This document shows positions 10,309 through 20,944 of a stretch of 64,000 nt of DNA, piece by piece. Positions within the stretch are counted from its first letter, which is position 1, and every line of letters starts with the position of its first letter. Position numbers and translations under genes: made by a program. This stretch comes from a virus. Its lineage: Duplodnaviria > Heunggongvirae > Uroviricota > Caudoviricetes. The stretch lies in IMG/VR virus record IMGVR_UViG_3300028048_000043, one strand, 5' to 3'. The notes beneath the pieces were generated by a model, which made no database searches, was not told the DNA's origin, and was given only the letters and a program-made list of their open reading frames with translations.

Positions 10309-10908
10309 TTATTTTTCGCTGAACAAGTATTCGAGAAGACCTTTCAGGTCTTTTGTTGATAGCAGGGACATATCCCTCCATATAGGCTCTCCGTTGAACT
10401 CGTTATCGCGGTAGATGTGATACCACATTGTTCCGTCTCCCTCAACCTGAAACACCTTATCAACATAAGGGATTTCGAGGCTGCTGAGACCACAGGCTTC
10501 TTCTTCGTAGGACGGAAGTGTGTACTCAATCTCCTTAGGAGTTTCCTCGGAAGTTCCGTTAAGCAGAGCGGAAATCTGATGCCAATACTTTTCGTGTTCG
10601 CAGACATCTTCGTCGAACCAGCAGTCGCACTCGTGGCAGTGCCAATGATATTCATTGTAGCAGTCGTCGTCTCCCATCCATTCGATGTTCTCCGAACCAC
10701 AGTAGGGGCAAACCTTAGGAGTTTCCGGCAACGGCTCGCTTTTGACAAGGTCGCAATCGACGGTAGAGAAATCGTCTCCCCACTCATTCGTCGGAGTTTC
10801 AAGTGCAGTTTCGAGCGCCTTAGTCCTTGCCTCGGCTTCATCCTCAGCATCGACAGTTACCAAAAGTGATAACGGAAGTGTGATAGCAAAAGTGTAATTC
10901 TTTTTCAT
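10309..10908 (-). CDS. hypothetical protein with Zn-ribbon, 199 aa
   Basis: CPYC...CHEC; own promoter and terminator. Confidence 0.85.
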   Translation of the reverse strand: MKKNYTFAITLPLSLLVTVDAEDEAEARTKALETALETPTNEWGDDFSTVDCDLVKSEPLPETPKVCPYCGSENIEWMGDDDCYNEYHWHCHECDCWFDEDVCEHEKYWHQISALLNGTSEETPKEIEYTLPSYEEEACGLSSLEIPYVDKVFQVEGDGTMWYHIYRDNEFNGEPIWRDMSLLSTKDLKGLLEYLFSEK

Positions 10909-11172
10909 AATGTGCTTGCTTTAATTGGTTTCTTTAACTATTGTAAAGATAGTGATTTTCAACGAGAAAACCAAATAATTCGACAAGATTTTCAGCGAAA
11001 ACAGATCTGAAGAAGAGGTACTCTCCGACATTGAAATAATTGCGCCGCAATTATTTTCTGGTGCAGGACTCTCCTCATCTTTCTCTCCGCCTTTGTAAAA
11101 AATATTTGGAAATGAAATTCCTTTTACCTATATTTGCAAACAGAAACACAAATCAAAAAATCTCTTACTACT

Positions 11173-11604
11173 ATGGCTGTCAAAGATGAAATCTTAATCG
11201 TGAAAAGCGAGATGAACTTGAAATCATCGAGTATGAACTTCAAGACTTCGGCTGACGAACTCTATTCAGCTATCGTTGATTTCGTGAAGTACCGCAGGGG
11301 ATATATTAACTTCTGCGGCAATATGGAGCTTGACATCGAGACCGCTATCGGTGTTGACGCGACCAACGGGGTGTTCGAGAATATTATCCGTGCAGTAAAG
11401 GTCGAAGACGGATTACTATCCGTATTCATTGTGCCTATGGAAGACAGGAATGTGGTGTGGTCGAACGAAGACATCGCTTCCGAAGACTACAAGGACTATT
11501 GGTATTCAGTTACCAGAGGTTCTGAGCTTTTCTTCGAGCAGACGCTTTACCACCTTTCATATCTTCTCGAACGCTGGGAAGAATATTGGGTTGAAGAACA
11601 ATAG
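11173..11604 (+). CDS. hypothetical protein, 143 aa
   Basis: Promoter 11129; terminator 11657-11690. Confidence 0.8.
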   Translation: MAVKDEILIVKSEMNLKSSSMNFKTSADELYSAIVDFVKYRRGYINFCGNMELDIETAIGVDATNGVFENIIRAVKVEDGLLSVFIVPMEDRNVVWSNEDIASEDYKDYWYSVTRGSELFFEQTLYHLSYLLERWEEYWVEEQ

Positions 11605-12242
11605 ATGAAATTTCATTTGTAGGTTTCAGAATAGAACAAGGTATCATAATGTCATTAGGGCGTGGCTTCGGCTTCGCCCTTTTGTTTTTTATGGAATTTC
11701 ATTTTGCCGACAAAGAGATCTCATCAAGACACCAGGTATCCGGACGGTAATAATTGCCGCGCAATTATTTTGGATCGCCATCCAGAATCACGACTCTTTC
11801 TCTGGATCCATTTTCGTTTTTGTTTCAGGATTCAAATTCATTTTTAACGAATAATATTTTTGAAAAATTTTTACAAAACTTTTTCTTGTTTTATTTCATA
11901 AAAAATAGTATATTTACATTAGAAACTTTAATAGAAAATGCTATGAGAAAAAGACAATAAATTTTGTTGGGAAAAGCTCGCGAACTATTTTGACACATTC
12001 GTAGAAGTTTAAGGAATATGAAACTTTTCAAGAGAGGAAACATCGAAAGGTGTTTCCTTTTTTGTTGCCCAATGATATTGCTCAGAAGCCTCGCATCTCC
12101 TTGATACAGAAATAATTGCGCCGCAATTATTATTCGTCCGACGCCGTCGATCGCCGGTGGACACAGGTAATGAAATTTCTTCGTGTATGATTTTGAATTG
12201 TCAATATAATTCGCTATATTTGCAATAAGAAAATAAAACACT

Positions 12243-12536
12243 ATGGATAACAAGAAAATCACAGTAAGGGATATGGATAGGTTCAGCCTTACCATTCTCA
12301 AAAACAGAAAGGAAGTAGAGGTACACGGATACCTGCTTAACTATGAACGTGGCGCACAGGCAAAGGAAGACGGATACCACCGCTACGGAATACGTCACAG
12401 CGACTATGACGATTCCTGCCCCTCAACTCTCGAACCCAATGTAACGGTCAACTGGTACGGGGATTTTTTCTGCGAAGAAGAAATTTCTTTCGACGAGATT
12501 GATTGCATCACTATTGTAGATTGGAACTACGAATAA
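12243..12536 (+). CDS. LPD28-like (large polyvalent protein-associated domain) protein
   Basis: YGIRHSDYDDSCPSTLEPNVTVNWYG resembles the LPD28 pattern YxxRHxDxxxxxPxxxExxVxVNxxG (recalled, not searched). Confidence 0.55.
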   Translation: MDNKKITVRDMDRFSLTILKNRKEVEVHGYLLNYERGAQAKEDGYHRYGIRHSDYDDSCPSTLEPNVTVNWYGDFFCEEEISFDEIDCITIVDWNYE

Positions 12537-12786
12537 AATACTACCGCTAATATAACAAGCATTATCCCTCGCCCATTTCGGGTGGGGGATTTTGTTTTAC
12601 CAAACTCGCTGGTCAACCAGACGCCGTCTGAGGCATGCAGAAATAATTGCGCCGCAATTATTTACTGGTGCAGCACTCTCCTCATCCTGCTGAACAGTAT
12701 CACGAGATTTGTTAAAATTTGAACAATTCTTTATTTGGAAGTGTCAAAATAATTTCCTATCTTTGCAATAAGAAAAACGAAAAGTT

Positions 12787-13242
12787 ATGGAACACAATGA
12801 CGACATCATCAGCCTGTTCTCCTGTAATGTAAGGGGAAAGACATCAAAACTCTTTATCATCAACCGCAACCACACCGACGAGATCGTTTATGCGGTGTCT
12901 TGGAACGATGTGGTGGACTATGTAAAATCCCATCCGGGCTATCCTGTCGAAATCAAACCAATCAACGCTACATTCATTCCTCGCAGACTCAATGTTATGG
13001 CGGAAGGAAATGTAGTCAATGTGGTACGCACGGGAGACTACAAGTACGAAGTGGCGGACGATTTCAGCGAAAAGGAAACAGACCAGTACGGCTATACCAT
13101 TCAGCCATACGACTTCGTAAGAGTAAGCGGTTCTGCGGAGACATACGAAATCCAGTTCATCCACAGAGGCAGGCTGTTCCTGCTTGGGAACGACGGAAGC
13201 GAAATCGAAGTTCTACCGTCGCAGGTCTGGAAAGAAATTTAA
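12787..13242 (+). CDS. hypothetical protein, 151 aa
   Basis: Promoter 12758; terminator near 13287-13325. Confidence 0.85.
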   Translation: MEHNDDIISLFSCNVRGKTSKLFIINRNHTDEIVYAVSWNDVVDYVKSHPGYPVEIKPINATFIPRRLNVMAEGNVVNVVRTGDYKYEVADDFSEKETDQYGYTIQPYDFVRVSGSAETYEIQFIHRGRLFLLGNDGSEIEVLPSQVWKEI

Positions 13243-13629
13243 TTCCAATATCCAAACCATTTAACATTTTTTACTTCAATCATTGAAAGTCCCTCAACGG
13301 AAGTTGGGGGATTTTTTTTTTTTCATTCCCGTCGAGGTGAACCCCGTCTTCACCGGAGGCTTGGCGTAACGAAATAATTGCCGCGCAATTATTTGCCGCG
13401 GCCGATCGCACGAACAGTGTGGACAGTTATCCGATTTACGATTTATGAATCGTGAATTTCCTTTGTAACTTATTGAATATAAAGAAATCCCACGATGCAA
13501 GTTTTTGCAATTATATTGAAATTTTATTTCAAAAAATAAAATGAAATTTCTTTGTAAAAAAGTTTGGAATTTAATCAGAAATTTCCTACATTTGCAATAG
13601 GAAAAAGAAACAATAAAACTTTATTTGTT

Positions 13630-14124
13630 ATGGGTTACACACATTACTTCAATTTCAAAAACGACTGCGCGCCGCAGGACATCGACAACGCCTGCTCGAA
13701 ATTCAAGAGAGCCGTCGAACTTTTCAAGGAAGGTCTCAAACTTCAAGGGAATAAACTTCCCTACGAAAGAATCATTTACAACGAAGACTGGACTGTCAAG
13801 GAAAGGGTTCAGGAAAATGCGAACCTTGTTCTTACCGGCGGTGACGGAACAGGCGATCCTACCATTACGGACACCGATGTCATCTTCAACGGAAATCCGT
13901 CCTGTGAGACATTCGCTATCTGCATCGACAAGCCCGGCTGGGATTTCTGCAAGACCAATCGCCGGCCTTACGACTTCGCAGTATGTCTTGCGCTTCTCTG
14001 TTTCAAGGAAGCTTTCGGTGACGACTTCTCTTTCCGTTCAGACGGAGACATCGAGAACGGCGAGGAGGGCTGGGGTCGCGCAAAAGAAATCTTCCGTCTT
14101 CTCTTTGACGACAAGGAGGATTAG
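13630..14124 (+). CDS. conserved-type hypothetical protein, 164 aa (MGYTHYF...FCKTNRRPYD)
   Basis: Promoter 13587. Confidence 0.85.
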   Translation: MGYTHYFNFKNDCAPQDIDNACSKFKRAVELFKEGLKLQGNKLPYERIIYNEDWTVKERVQENANLVLTGGDGTGDPTITDTDVIFNGNPSCETFAICIDKPGWDFCKTNRRPYDFAVCLALLCFKEAFGDDFSFRSDGDIENGEEGWGRAKEIFRLLFDDKED

Positions 14125-14127
14125 GCT

Positions 14128-14403
14128 ATGAAAAAGTTCATTCTCTTAATAGTGGCAACGCTTCTTGTATCATCCTGTTTCTGCGACGGTTTCGGAGATT
14201 TCGGGTACGGATACAATCAGCAACCCGGAACAACGATCAACCAGAGTGTTGACGGAATTTCCCAAAGTGTCGTAACCGACAGCGGCTCAGACATCACGGC
14301 AATCATTTCTATACGGAGAGGAGTTGCCAATGATACGACTGTCGTCAATCCGCCTCAACAAAAGCAACAGTCAGAAAATCCGCCTCACCTAATTCCTATT
14401 TAG
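14128..14403 (+). CDS. putative lipoprotein, 91 aa
   Basis: MKKFILLIVATLLVSSC: signal peptide with lipobox. Confidence 0.65.
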   Translation: MKKFILLIVATLLVSSCFCDGFGDFGYGYNQQPGTTINQSVDGISQSVVTDSGSDITAIISIRRGVANDTTVVNPPQQKQQSENPPHLIPI

Positions 14404-14733
14404 GCTTCGGCTTCCATAGTAGTAGTGTTTCCTTTTTTCGAGACCCTCGGACATGTTCCGGGGGTTTCATTTTTTTTGTTGAACTCGGACTTCCGTCCAC
14501 GACATTCGTCCAGGTGGGCTGCAAAAATAATTGCGCCGCAATTATTTGTTCATGGGTACCCTTCGCTCTTGGCAGGCGCTCTCCTTCTTCGGATTCCGAT
14601 AATTGCGCGGCAATTATTTCCATTCGGGCATCTGACGATGTTCATCATCAACATCCCTCTTTCGGTACCGCGAAATTTCTTTTGGAATTGTCAGACCTTT
14701 TCACTATATTTACATTACAAAGGAAATTTCATT

Positions 14734-14928
14734 ATGGATTACATTAAACATATCAGCAAAAAGACATTTGAAGAAATGTACGGAAAGGTTGAACCTACAA
14801 CTCTTTCCCAGAGACCGATAAATAAGAAGACGGGAAAGCCGTACACGAAAAACTCTATCACCTATTGGCGTTGGTGGCACGGGTTGTCCTTAAACGACAA
14901 GTGTGTACTCGCTGACCTTGAAGCTTAA
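14734..14928 (+). CDS. hypothetical basic protein, 64 aa
   Basis: A-rich start after a promoter-like TATATTTAC. Confidence 0.7.
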   Translation: MDYIKHISKKTFEEMYGKVEPTTLSQRPINKKTGKPYTKNSITYWRWWHGLSLNDKCVLADLEA

Positions 14929-14947
14929 AATAAAAAGAAATTTCAAT

Positions 14948-15181
14948 ATGGCAAAGAACTACACCATACCTAATGTCGGAGACAAAATCCGCATTATCAA
15001 AATGGACGACAGCATCAACGGCGTACCCGGAAAGGACTGGCAGGTTCAAAAGATGAACGGAAATGTATATGAGGTTGAGGCTATCGAGCCTGCGCCGCAC
15101 GACGAAGTGAATATCAAGCTCGTCGGCACTGGTCTCCGTGTAATACCCGGAGTGGACGAATACGAAATCGTCAAGAAGTAA
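14948..15181 (+). CDS. DUF4314-like small beta-barrel protein, 77 aa
   Basis: GDKIRIIKMDD...LRVIPGVDEYEIV pattern; terminator 15206-15238. Confidence 0.55.
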   Translation: MAKNYTIPNVGDKIRIIKMDDSINGVPGKDWQVQKMNGNVYEVEAIEPAPHDEVNIKLVGTGLRVIPGVDEYEIVKK

Positions 15182-15467
15182 TTCCATAACATCTTTTCCT
15201 ATTGAAGTCCTCCACCTTGTCGGTGGGGGATTTCTTTTATTATGCGCATCGAATGGATCTACCGGCGTCGGGGCTGCGCGTACAAAAATAATTGCGCGGC
15301 AATTATTCGGATCGCCTGCTGTCGCTTCCAGGAAATCAAATCTCTTTTAAGAAAAAATTTCAAATTATTTTTCTTTATTTTTTCTTGAAAAAATTATGGG
15401 ATTTTATTTGGAAAATATCTTGAAAAATACTATATTTGCAATAGTTAAAGAAACAAAGACAACTACT

Positions 15468-15881
15468 ATGGCAACAAATGTATTAAAGTATTCTGCGGTG
15501 GCTGAGGCTAACTGGAAAGCAAATCTCGGCGATATGTCTTCCTACAAGCCGAAGTACACATTTTATTCGGACTTCGCAATAGCGGAATTTTATTTCGTTT
15601 ATGGAAAAGACAAAAACTCCATAAAGGAAACCTACGACAGAGTAATCAAATCGTGGTCGAGTTCCTATGAGGCGTTAACTGAAATCATTCTTGTCCTCAA
15701 CCACAAAATTTGGGCGTTCTTTCAGGATGTCGATACGCAATATCTCGGAATCGACAAGGAGAAAGGAAAGGAAATCGCAGGGATTTACAACGAACTCTGG
15801 AAGAAGACGGAAGATCTTTTCTTCAAGCTGTATGAGAACAACGACGATGCTATGAGCCACTACTACGAAGTGACTGACTGA
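15468..15881 (+). CDS. conserved-type hypothetical protein, 137 aa (TFYSDFAIAE...LVLNHKIW)
   Basis: Promoter 15431; terminator near 15912-15950. Confidence 0.85.
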   Translation: MATNVLKYSAVAEANWKANLGDMSSYKPKYTFYSDFAIAEFYFVYGKDKNSIKETYDRVIKSWSSSYEALTEIILVLNHKIWAFFQDVDTQYLGIDKEKGKEIAGIYNELWKKTEDLFFKLYENNDDAMSHYYEVTD

Positions 15882-16140
15882 CAAACTCACGGAATTTGCC
15901 TAATTCCCAAACCGATACCCTTTGATGCGAGGGGTGTCGGTTTTTGTTTTTGTACTACACAATGCCCACCACACTGGTCAACCAGACGCCGTCTGGGGCA
16001 TGCAGAAATAATTGCGGCGCAATTATTTTAATCGCGGCATCCGGCGATGCCCATTGGCCAAGTGTCTTGGGATAAATAAAATGAAATTTCATTTGGAAGT
16101 CTAACAAAGATTTACTATATTTGCATCAAAGAAAGAAGTT

Positions 16141-16842
16141 ATGGAAAACAAGCTCAACGAGAAATCAATATCGCAGAAGATAAGGGACAACAAAGACCTT
16201 ATCAACTTTATAACGAAAGGCAAGCCCGGCAGCAATAACATCCGCACCCTTACCATATTCACCGCGTTCAATCCAGACGGAGAATTGAGGGGTATAAAGG
16301 ACAACAGAAAGGACAACAGCGAACTTAAAAAGTACCTTAAATCCGCAGGTGTAGTCTGGATACCCGTACTCGGAAACTATGGAAATCCTGAGGAATCAAT
16401 AGCGGCTGTAAACATCGGAGTTGACTTCGCCAAAAAGATAAACGGAAAATACGAACAGGAATCGTTTGTGTTTACCGAACTCGGCGACGACGGCATCATA
16501 CATTATTTCTATGAAAAGAAGGATAAGGGTGTTCCGTATCATCCAGTAAAGAACGATTATGTCGTAAAGGATGTAAGCGACAAATACGAACTCGTGTCGG
16601 ACAGCGACGATGTAAACGGGTTTACCCTTATCGGAAAGAACTTCCGTTACAAAATCCTTTTTGCAAACCTTATAAATGTCAACGAAGGAATCATAAGGAA
16701 TTTCAACGATGAACTCGGAAGGAAACCATACTCCCTATTCGAGAACTCGACGATAGACAAAGAAGTGCAATACTCCATAAAAGGTACGGGAATGTCGTGG
16801 TTCTATCACAGGCACGCACTCTACAAGGGATTGTACGATTAA
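16141..16842 (+). CDS. SAM lyase (T3 SAMase)/DUF3293-like protein, 233 aa
   Basis: IFTAFNP...N...L..YL...GNYG..EES...KYEQESFVF parallels T3 SAMase LVSAF...GCY...EEKT...EWEQDCVLV. Confidence 0.6.
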   Translation: MENKLNEKSISQKIRDNKDLINFITKGKPGSNNIRTLTIFTAFNPDGELRGIKDNRKDNSELKKYLKSAGVVWIPVLGNYGNPEESIAAVNIGVDFAKKINGKYEQESFVFTELGDDGIIHYFYEKKDKGVPYHPVKNDYVVKDVSDKYELVSDSDDVNGFTLIGKNFRYKILFANLINVNEGIIRNFNDELGRKPYSLFENSTIDKEVQYSIKGTGMSWFYHRHALYKGLYD

Positions 16843-17107
16843 GGTTTCCATAACAAAATTTCTTTTTTCAATGTCTCTCTCGGACTTTTGTTCGGGGGAG
16901 ATTTCATTTTTGTACTCTACGGTTGACTGTGGTCATCGAAGGAGGAGAGCTGGTGCATGCAAAAATAATTGCGGCGCAATTATTTCCTGGACGACAATGG
17001 TTGACGCCGGTGGACACTTGTGATGAAATTTCCTTGAAACTTTTTACAGAAATGTTTTGTATTCTCGAACTAATTTCCTATATTTGCAACAAGAAACAAA
17101 ACGAGAT

Positions 17108-17500
17108 ATGAATATGGGACAATGTTATTCAGTCATCCTTAAAGTTAAGGTAAACGACGAAGCTGGTTTAGTCAAGGCACTGAAAGAAAAAATCTCCCGT
17201 GCCGGAGAAGAAAGGGTTGATTACAGCCTCGACCACTTCGCAGAACTCGGAATAGGAACTGACACTTCGTTAGACCTGTTCAAGATTTTCTTCGCTGGCT
17301 GGAAAGGAGTTTTCACATCAACGCCAGACGGAAAGCTGTTGGCTGACTTCGATTGCAGCTATGGGTGGGAAAATGTTATGATTACCGCCTTCAATGAAAT
17401 CGCGCCCTATCTCAAAGACAACTCCTATATCAAAATCTATCCCGATTCTGGCTGCGACTATGCAAAGGTGAAGGACGGGAAAGCCGTTTGGAAAGCATAA
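17108..17500 (+). CDS. hypothetical protein, 130 aa
   Basis: Promoter 17079. Confidence 0.85.
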   Translation: MNMGQCYSVILKVKVNDEAGLVKALKEKISRAGEERVDYSLDHFAELGIGTDTSLDLFKIFFAGWKGVFTSTPDGKLLADFDCSYGWENVMITAFNEIAPYLKDNSYIKIYPDSGCDYAKVKDGKAVWKA

Positions 17501-17505
17501 GAACT

Positions 17506-17922
17506 ATGGCAAACGAAATTGAAACAATCAAACTTCGTCTAATCGAAGACGCAAGCAGGATTGACAGGTATAAGCTACTCGGATTCATCGTTTCAAACGA
17601 CCCCGAATATGCAACCGTTATCGAACCCCTGCGAGGAAAATACGACATCAGCAAAGATTTCGCTGAATGGTTGCTCAACACTCACAACATGGACATCCGG
17701 CAGGATTTCATCGACGACTTCGGAATAGAAGACCTGCGCGTCTGCCACAACTGCGGAGAATTTCTTGCAGAGGGATATTATCTTGAAGGAGAATGGGCTT
17801 GCAGTTATGAATGTGCAGTTCAAATCTACGAAGGGTACGGAACTGGAAAATGGGAACTCGACGCGGCACTTGAAGCGGCTGAAACCTATGGTCAAGAAGA
17901 CACCTATTATAAAGAACTTTAA
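17506..17922 (+). CDS. hypothetical protein with CxxC...CxxxC motif, 138 aa
   Basis: CHNCGE...CSYEC. Confidence 0.8.
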   Translation: MANEIETIKLRLIEDASRIDRYKLLGFIVSNDPEYATVIEPLRGKYDISKDFAEWLLNTHNMDIRQDFIDDFGIEDLRVCHNCGEFLAEGYYLEGEWACSYECAVQIYEGYGTGKWELDAALEAAETYGQEDTYYKEL

Positions 17923-18308
17923 TATGGACTACGAAAAAGAATACGAATATCTCGGCGCAACGATCCATAAAAGTACAGCAGTTCTGACATTGAACTGACC
18001 TTGTCTCAAAAAGCACCGTTGAAAACGAAATCTCTTATGGGGTTTCGTTTTCTTTTTTGTTGCCCAACAATATGGTTCGAAGACTCGCATCTCATTGACA
18101 TCCAAATAATTGCGCCGCAATTATTTTTGCATGCAGCAGCCTCTCCTCCTTCATCAAGCTCGGTAGAAACTCAGCCAAAACGAAACTTTTTTGTTAATTT
18201 TGGCGGAATTTTTTCAATAAAATTTCAGAAAAAATAAATGAAATTTCTTTTGGAATTTATCCAGAAATTTCCTATATTTGCAATACAGAAACAAAAACAG
18301 AAATCGTT

Positions 18309-18557
18309 ATGAAACTCAGGTTTGAAAACAATTCCCTCAGCGACACTATCAAAAGTGTTGTCCGCAGCCTTATTGAAAACGATAAGGAAACCAACGGAAA
18401 CATCGTCGTAAAGTATGTGCCCTCCGACGAGCTTGAAAACTACGACAGCGAAATCCCGCTTGCCGAACTCCAATCCGCTACGGAAGTGTTCACTATCGAA
18501 CAGGTTGTCTGCGGTTCTTGGAACCAGCCCCTCGGTCTTGTAGCCGTCAACTATTAA
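18309..18557 (+). CDS. hypothetical protein, 82 aa
   Basis: Promoter 18273. Confidence 0.8.
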   Translation: MKLRFENNSLSDTIKSVVRSLIENDKETNGNIVVKYVPSDELENYDSEIPLAELQSATEVFTIEQVVCGSWNQPLGLVAVNY

Positions 18558-18569
18558 AATATACGCGCT

Positions 18570-18839
18570 ATGGAAACAAGAGAAGAACGGATTAACCGAC
18601 ACCTTGACGAGCATTTCAAGTCAAACAAGGGTAACTTTGCAGTTCAGGCTTATGCAAATCCAGACCTTGCTTCTTCCGTCTCGCTTTCTTATGACTGCCG
18701 TAACCGGGAGAACATCAACCCTAAATGGATCGCCCTATACATATTGAGGACTGAGCCTTCCGTTCAGTATGTTGACTACGGAACTACCGTCTATACGAGA
18801 AACACCCTGCGCCGTGCAGGACACAAAATTGAAAAATAA
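18570..18839 (+). CDS. hypothetical protein, 89 aa, paralog of 22365-22640
   Basis: Shared KSxKGN...IL...PSV...TVY...TL..G. Confidence 0.8.
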   Translation: METREERINRHLDEHFKSNKGNFAVQAYANPDLASSVSLSYDCRNRENINPKWIALYILRTEPSVQYVDYGTTVYTRNTLRRAGHKIEK

Positions 18840-18840
18840 A

Positions 18841-19224
18841 ATGGAAACAAAACTTGAAAAGCTGCGCGGTGAACTTATCGCCGACATCGAAAAGGAAATC
18901 CGCAGGCGCGGTGTAATCAACCACGAAAACAACGAGTGCATCGAACTCCCTTGTTATACTGGAAGCGACGGCTGCGGAATAGAACACAACAGCGAAGTGG
19001 TCTATATGGCACGCATCGTCTATGTACCTGCCACTTTGATTGGATTGAAGGACAAGACGCTCGTTACCCGTGTCTCCATAGAAACCGACAGTGATGAACA
19101 TGTTGCTGACGATCTTTATGCCGACGACCTCGAAGAAATCCTGAACTATATCAGGAATATGAAAGACCACGACATCTGCCTGTCAAGGAAATTCTACGAC
19201 GAGTACAACGGGCAATTCTTATAA
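18841..19224 (+). CDS. hypothetical protein, 127 aa
   Basis: In operon; terminator 19265-19300. Confidence 0.8.
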   Translation: METKLEKLRGELIADIEKEIRRRGVINHENNECIELPCYTGSDGCGIEHNSEVVYMARIVYVPATLIGLKDKTLVTRVSIETDSDEHVADDLYADDLEEILNYIRNMKDHDICLSRKFYDEYNGQFL

Positions 19225-19508
19225 GAGGTTTAACCAAATCAAGTTTCCATAGCTTTTCTGTCAGAACCGAACCGACGATATGTTGGCTCGGTTCGCTTTT
19301 TCATGTCATTCTGCATGGAATTTCCATGCGAACCCCATGCACAGCATGCAAAGAAAATAATTGCGGCGCAATTATTTCTGTACGCATCTCTGAGGATATT
19401 TTCCAAAATAAAATCCAAAAAATAAAATGAAATTTCTTTTGTAAAAAAGTTTGGAATTTAATCAGAAATTTCATATCTTTGCAATACAGAAACAAAAACA
19501 GAAAAGCT

Positions 19509-20117
19509 ATGCCAAACTGGAACTTTACAACTTATCATGTTACAGGCGACCCTAAGAAGTGCCTCGACCTCTACAAGAAAATCAAATCCCTCGACGAAAT
19601 GGAAACCTCTCTCTGTGAGAACGGTTTCGGAAAGCTCTGGTGCGGAAATCTCGTACACCTGCTCGGCGGCGACGAGACCGACGCAGAAAACTTGTATTGC
19701 AGGGGACAAATCGTCATATATGAGCTTAAACCGAACTTCGATGTTACGTTCTCGGTAGAATCCGCTTGGGGAGAACTCAGCCAGTTCAGACATTTTATCG
19801 AGGATCGAATCGGCGGTATCAAGATATACCACATATCCGAAGAACCCGGCATACAAATCTTCGTGTCGAATGACATCGAGGGAAAGTATTTCAAGTATAA
19901 CAAATACTACCTCGACATCTGCGACGATGAAAAGGAAATTTATGCGACCGATTACTTCGCAGACTTGAAGGGAGCGAAGAAACTCCTCAACAAAGTTTAC
20001 AAGGGAGTGAGGTTCGGAAAGACCTTCGAGGAAATCAAGGCGAAGATTGCAGAGTTGGAGGAAAACAATGAAGACATCTGCATCTGCTTCGAGAAATTTA
20101 AGTTAATCGACAACTAA
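19509..20117 (+). CDS. YubB/DUF1281 ferredoxin-like domain protein, 202 aa
   Basis: MPNW start, ESAW and EEPG motifs (recalled family pattern). Confidence 0.55.
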   Translation: MPNWNFTTYHVTGDPKKCLDLYKKIKSLDEMETSLCENGFGKLWCGNLVHLLGGDETDAENLYCRGQIVIYELKPNFDVTFSVESAWGELSQFRHFIEDRIGGIKIYHISEEPGIQIFVSNDIEGKYFKYNKYYLDICDDEKEIYATDYFADLKGAKKLLNKVYKGVRFGKTFEEIKAKIAELEENNEDICICFEKFKLIDN

Positions 20118-20362
20118 ACGATTTCTGACATAACTTTTTTGGAACTGCATAGGGAAACCTGTGCAGTTTCTTTTTGTACTCCGACGGCAATGACCAACAT
20201 CAAGGAGTGGGTACCCAAAGAAAAATAATTGCGGCGAAATTATTTGAATCGCGGCAGTGTCCAATGACCGGCATCAACATAAATGAAATTTCTTCTGCAT
20301 TATGTTTGGAACTTACAAACTTTTTGCCTATCTTTGCAGTACAGAAACAAAAAACAAAAGTT

Positions 20363-20761
20363 ATGTACCACGAGAAATCTTCCTATTACGAAGACCTGCT
20401 TTCCAAACTGCGGTCTGAACTCCCAAACGACATTATCGGCGCAATCAACTATCTCGGAAAGAAACGGATTTCCCTTCGTTTCTATCACGACGAAGGCATC
20501 GTTGACCGCTACACCTTTTTCGAGGTTGACGACGACGGATACGGGCGCGAACTTTTCATCGACACCGTAACAATCGACGAAAACAAGAAGGTTCATATCC
20601 TTCTCCACGACAGCGAAGACACCTACAACCCCATCTGGGATCTCAAAGACCTCACCACCACAGACGCGCTGTACTTCCTTACTGAGCTTGAAGCACTCTG
20701 CGCCTACAAGGACGAAAACCCTAACGAGGAAATTGTTTCAGACTACGAAGGAGACGATTAG
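20363..20761 (+). CDS. hypothetical acidic protein, 132 aa
   Basis: Promoter 20329. Confidence 0.85.
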   Translation: MYHEKSSYYEDLLSKLRSELPNDIIGAINYLGKKRISLRFYHDEGIVDRYTFFEVDDDGYGRELFIDTVTIDENKKVHILLHDSEDTYNPIWDLKDLTTTDALYFLTELEALCAYKDENPNEEIVSDYEGDD

Positions 20762-20762
20762 T

Positions 20763-20933
20763 ATGGAAAACTACACGACAAGTCAGCTCGAAAAGATTGT
20801 TTACGAAACCAGCGTTCCGTATAACGACAGCCCGGCTTTCCAGAGCGCACTGGAATTTATCAAGAATGTAGATAAGGCGCAGTACAAGAAACTTCTTTAC
20901 AAGGAAGCTGTTGACTGCGGTGCAATTAAATAA
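20763..20933 (+). CDS. hypothetical protein, 56 aa
   Basis: Tightly packed in operon. Confidence 0.7.
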   Translation: MENYTTSQLEKIVYETSVPYNDSPAFQSALEFIKNVDKAQYKKLLYKEAVDCGAIK

Positions 20934-20944
20934 AATTTCACACT

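Noticed and set aside
11943-12012. Micro-ORF MRKRQ* with a possible +1 frameshift in an A-run
   Set aside because: Even if repaired it gives only 22 aa; probably a decayed cassette, too weak to call.
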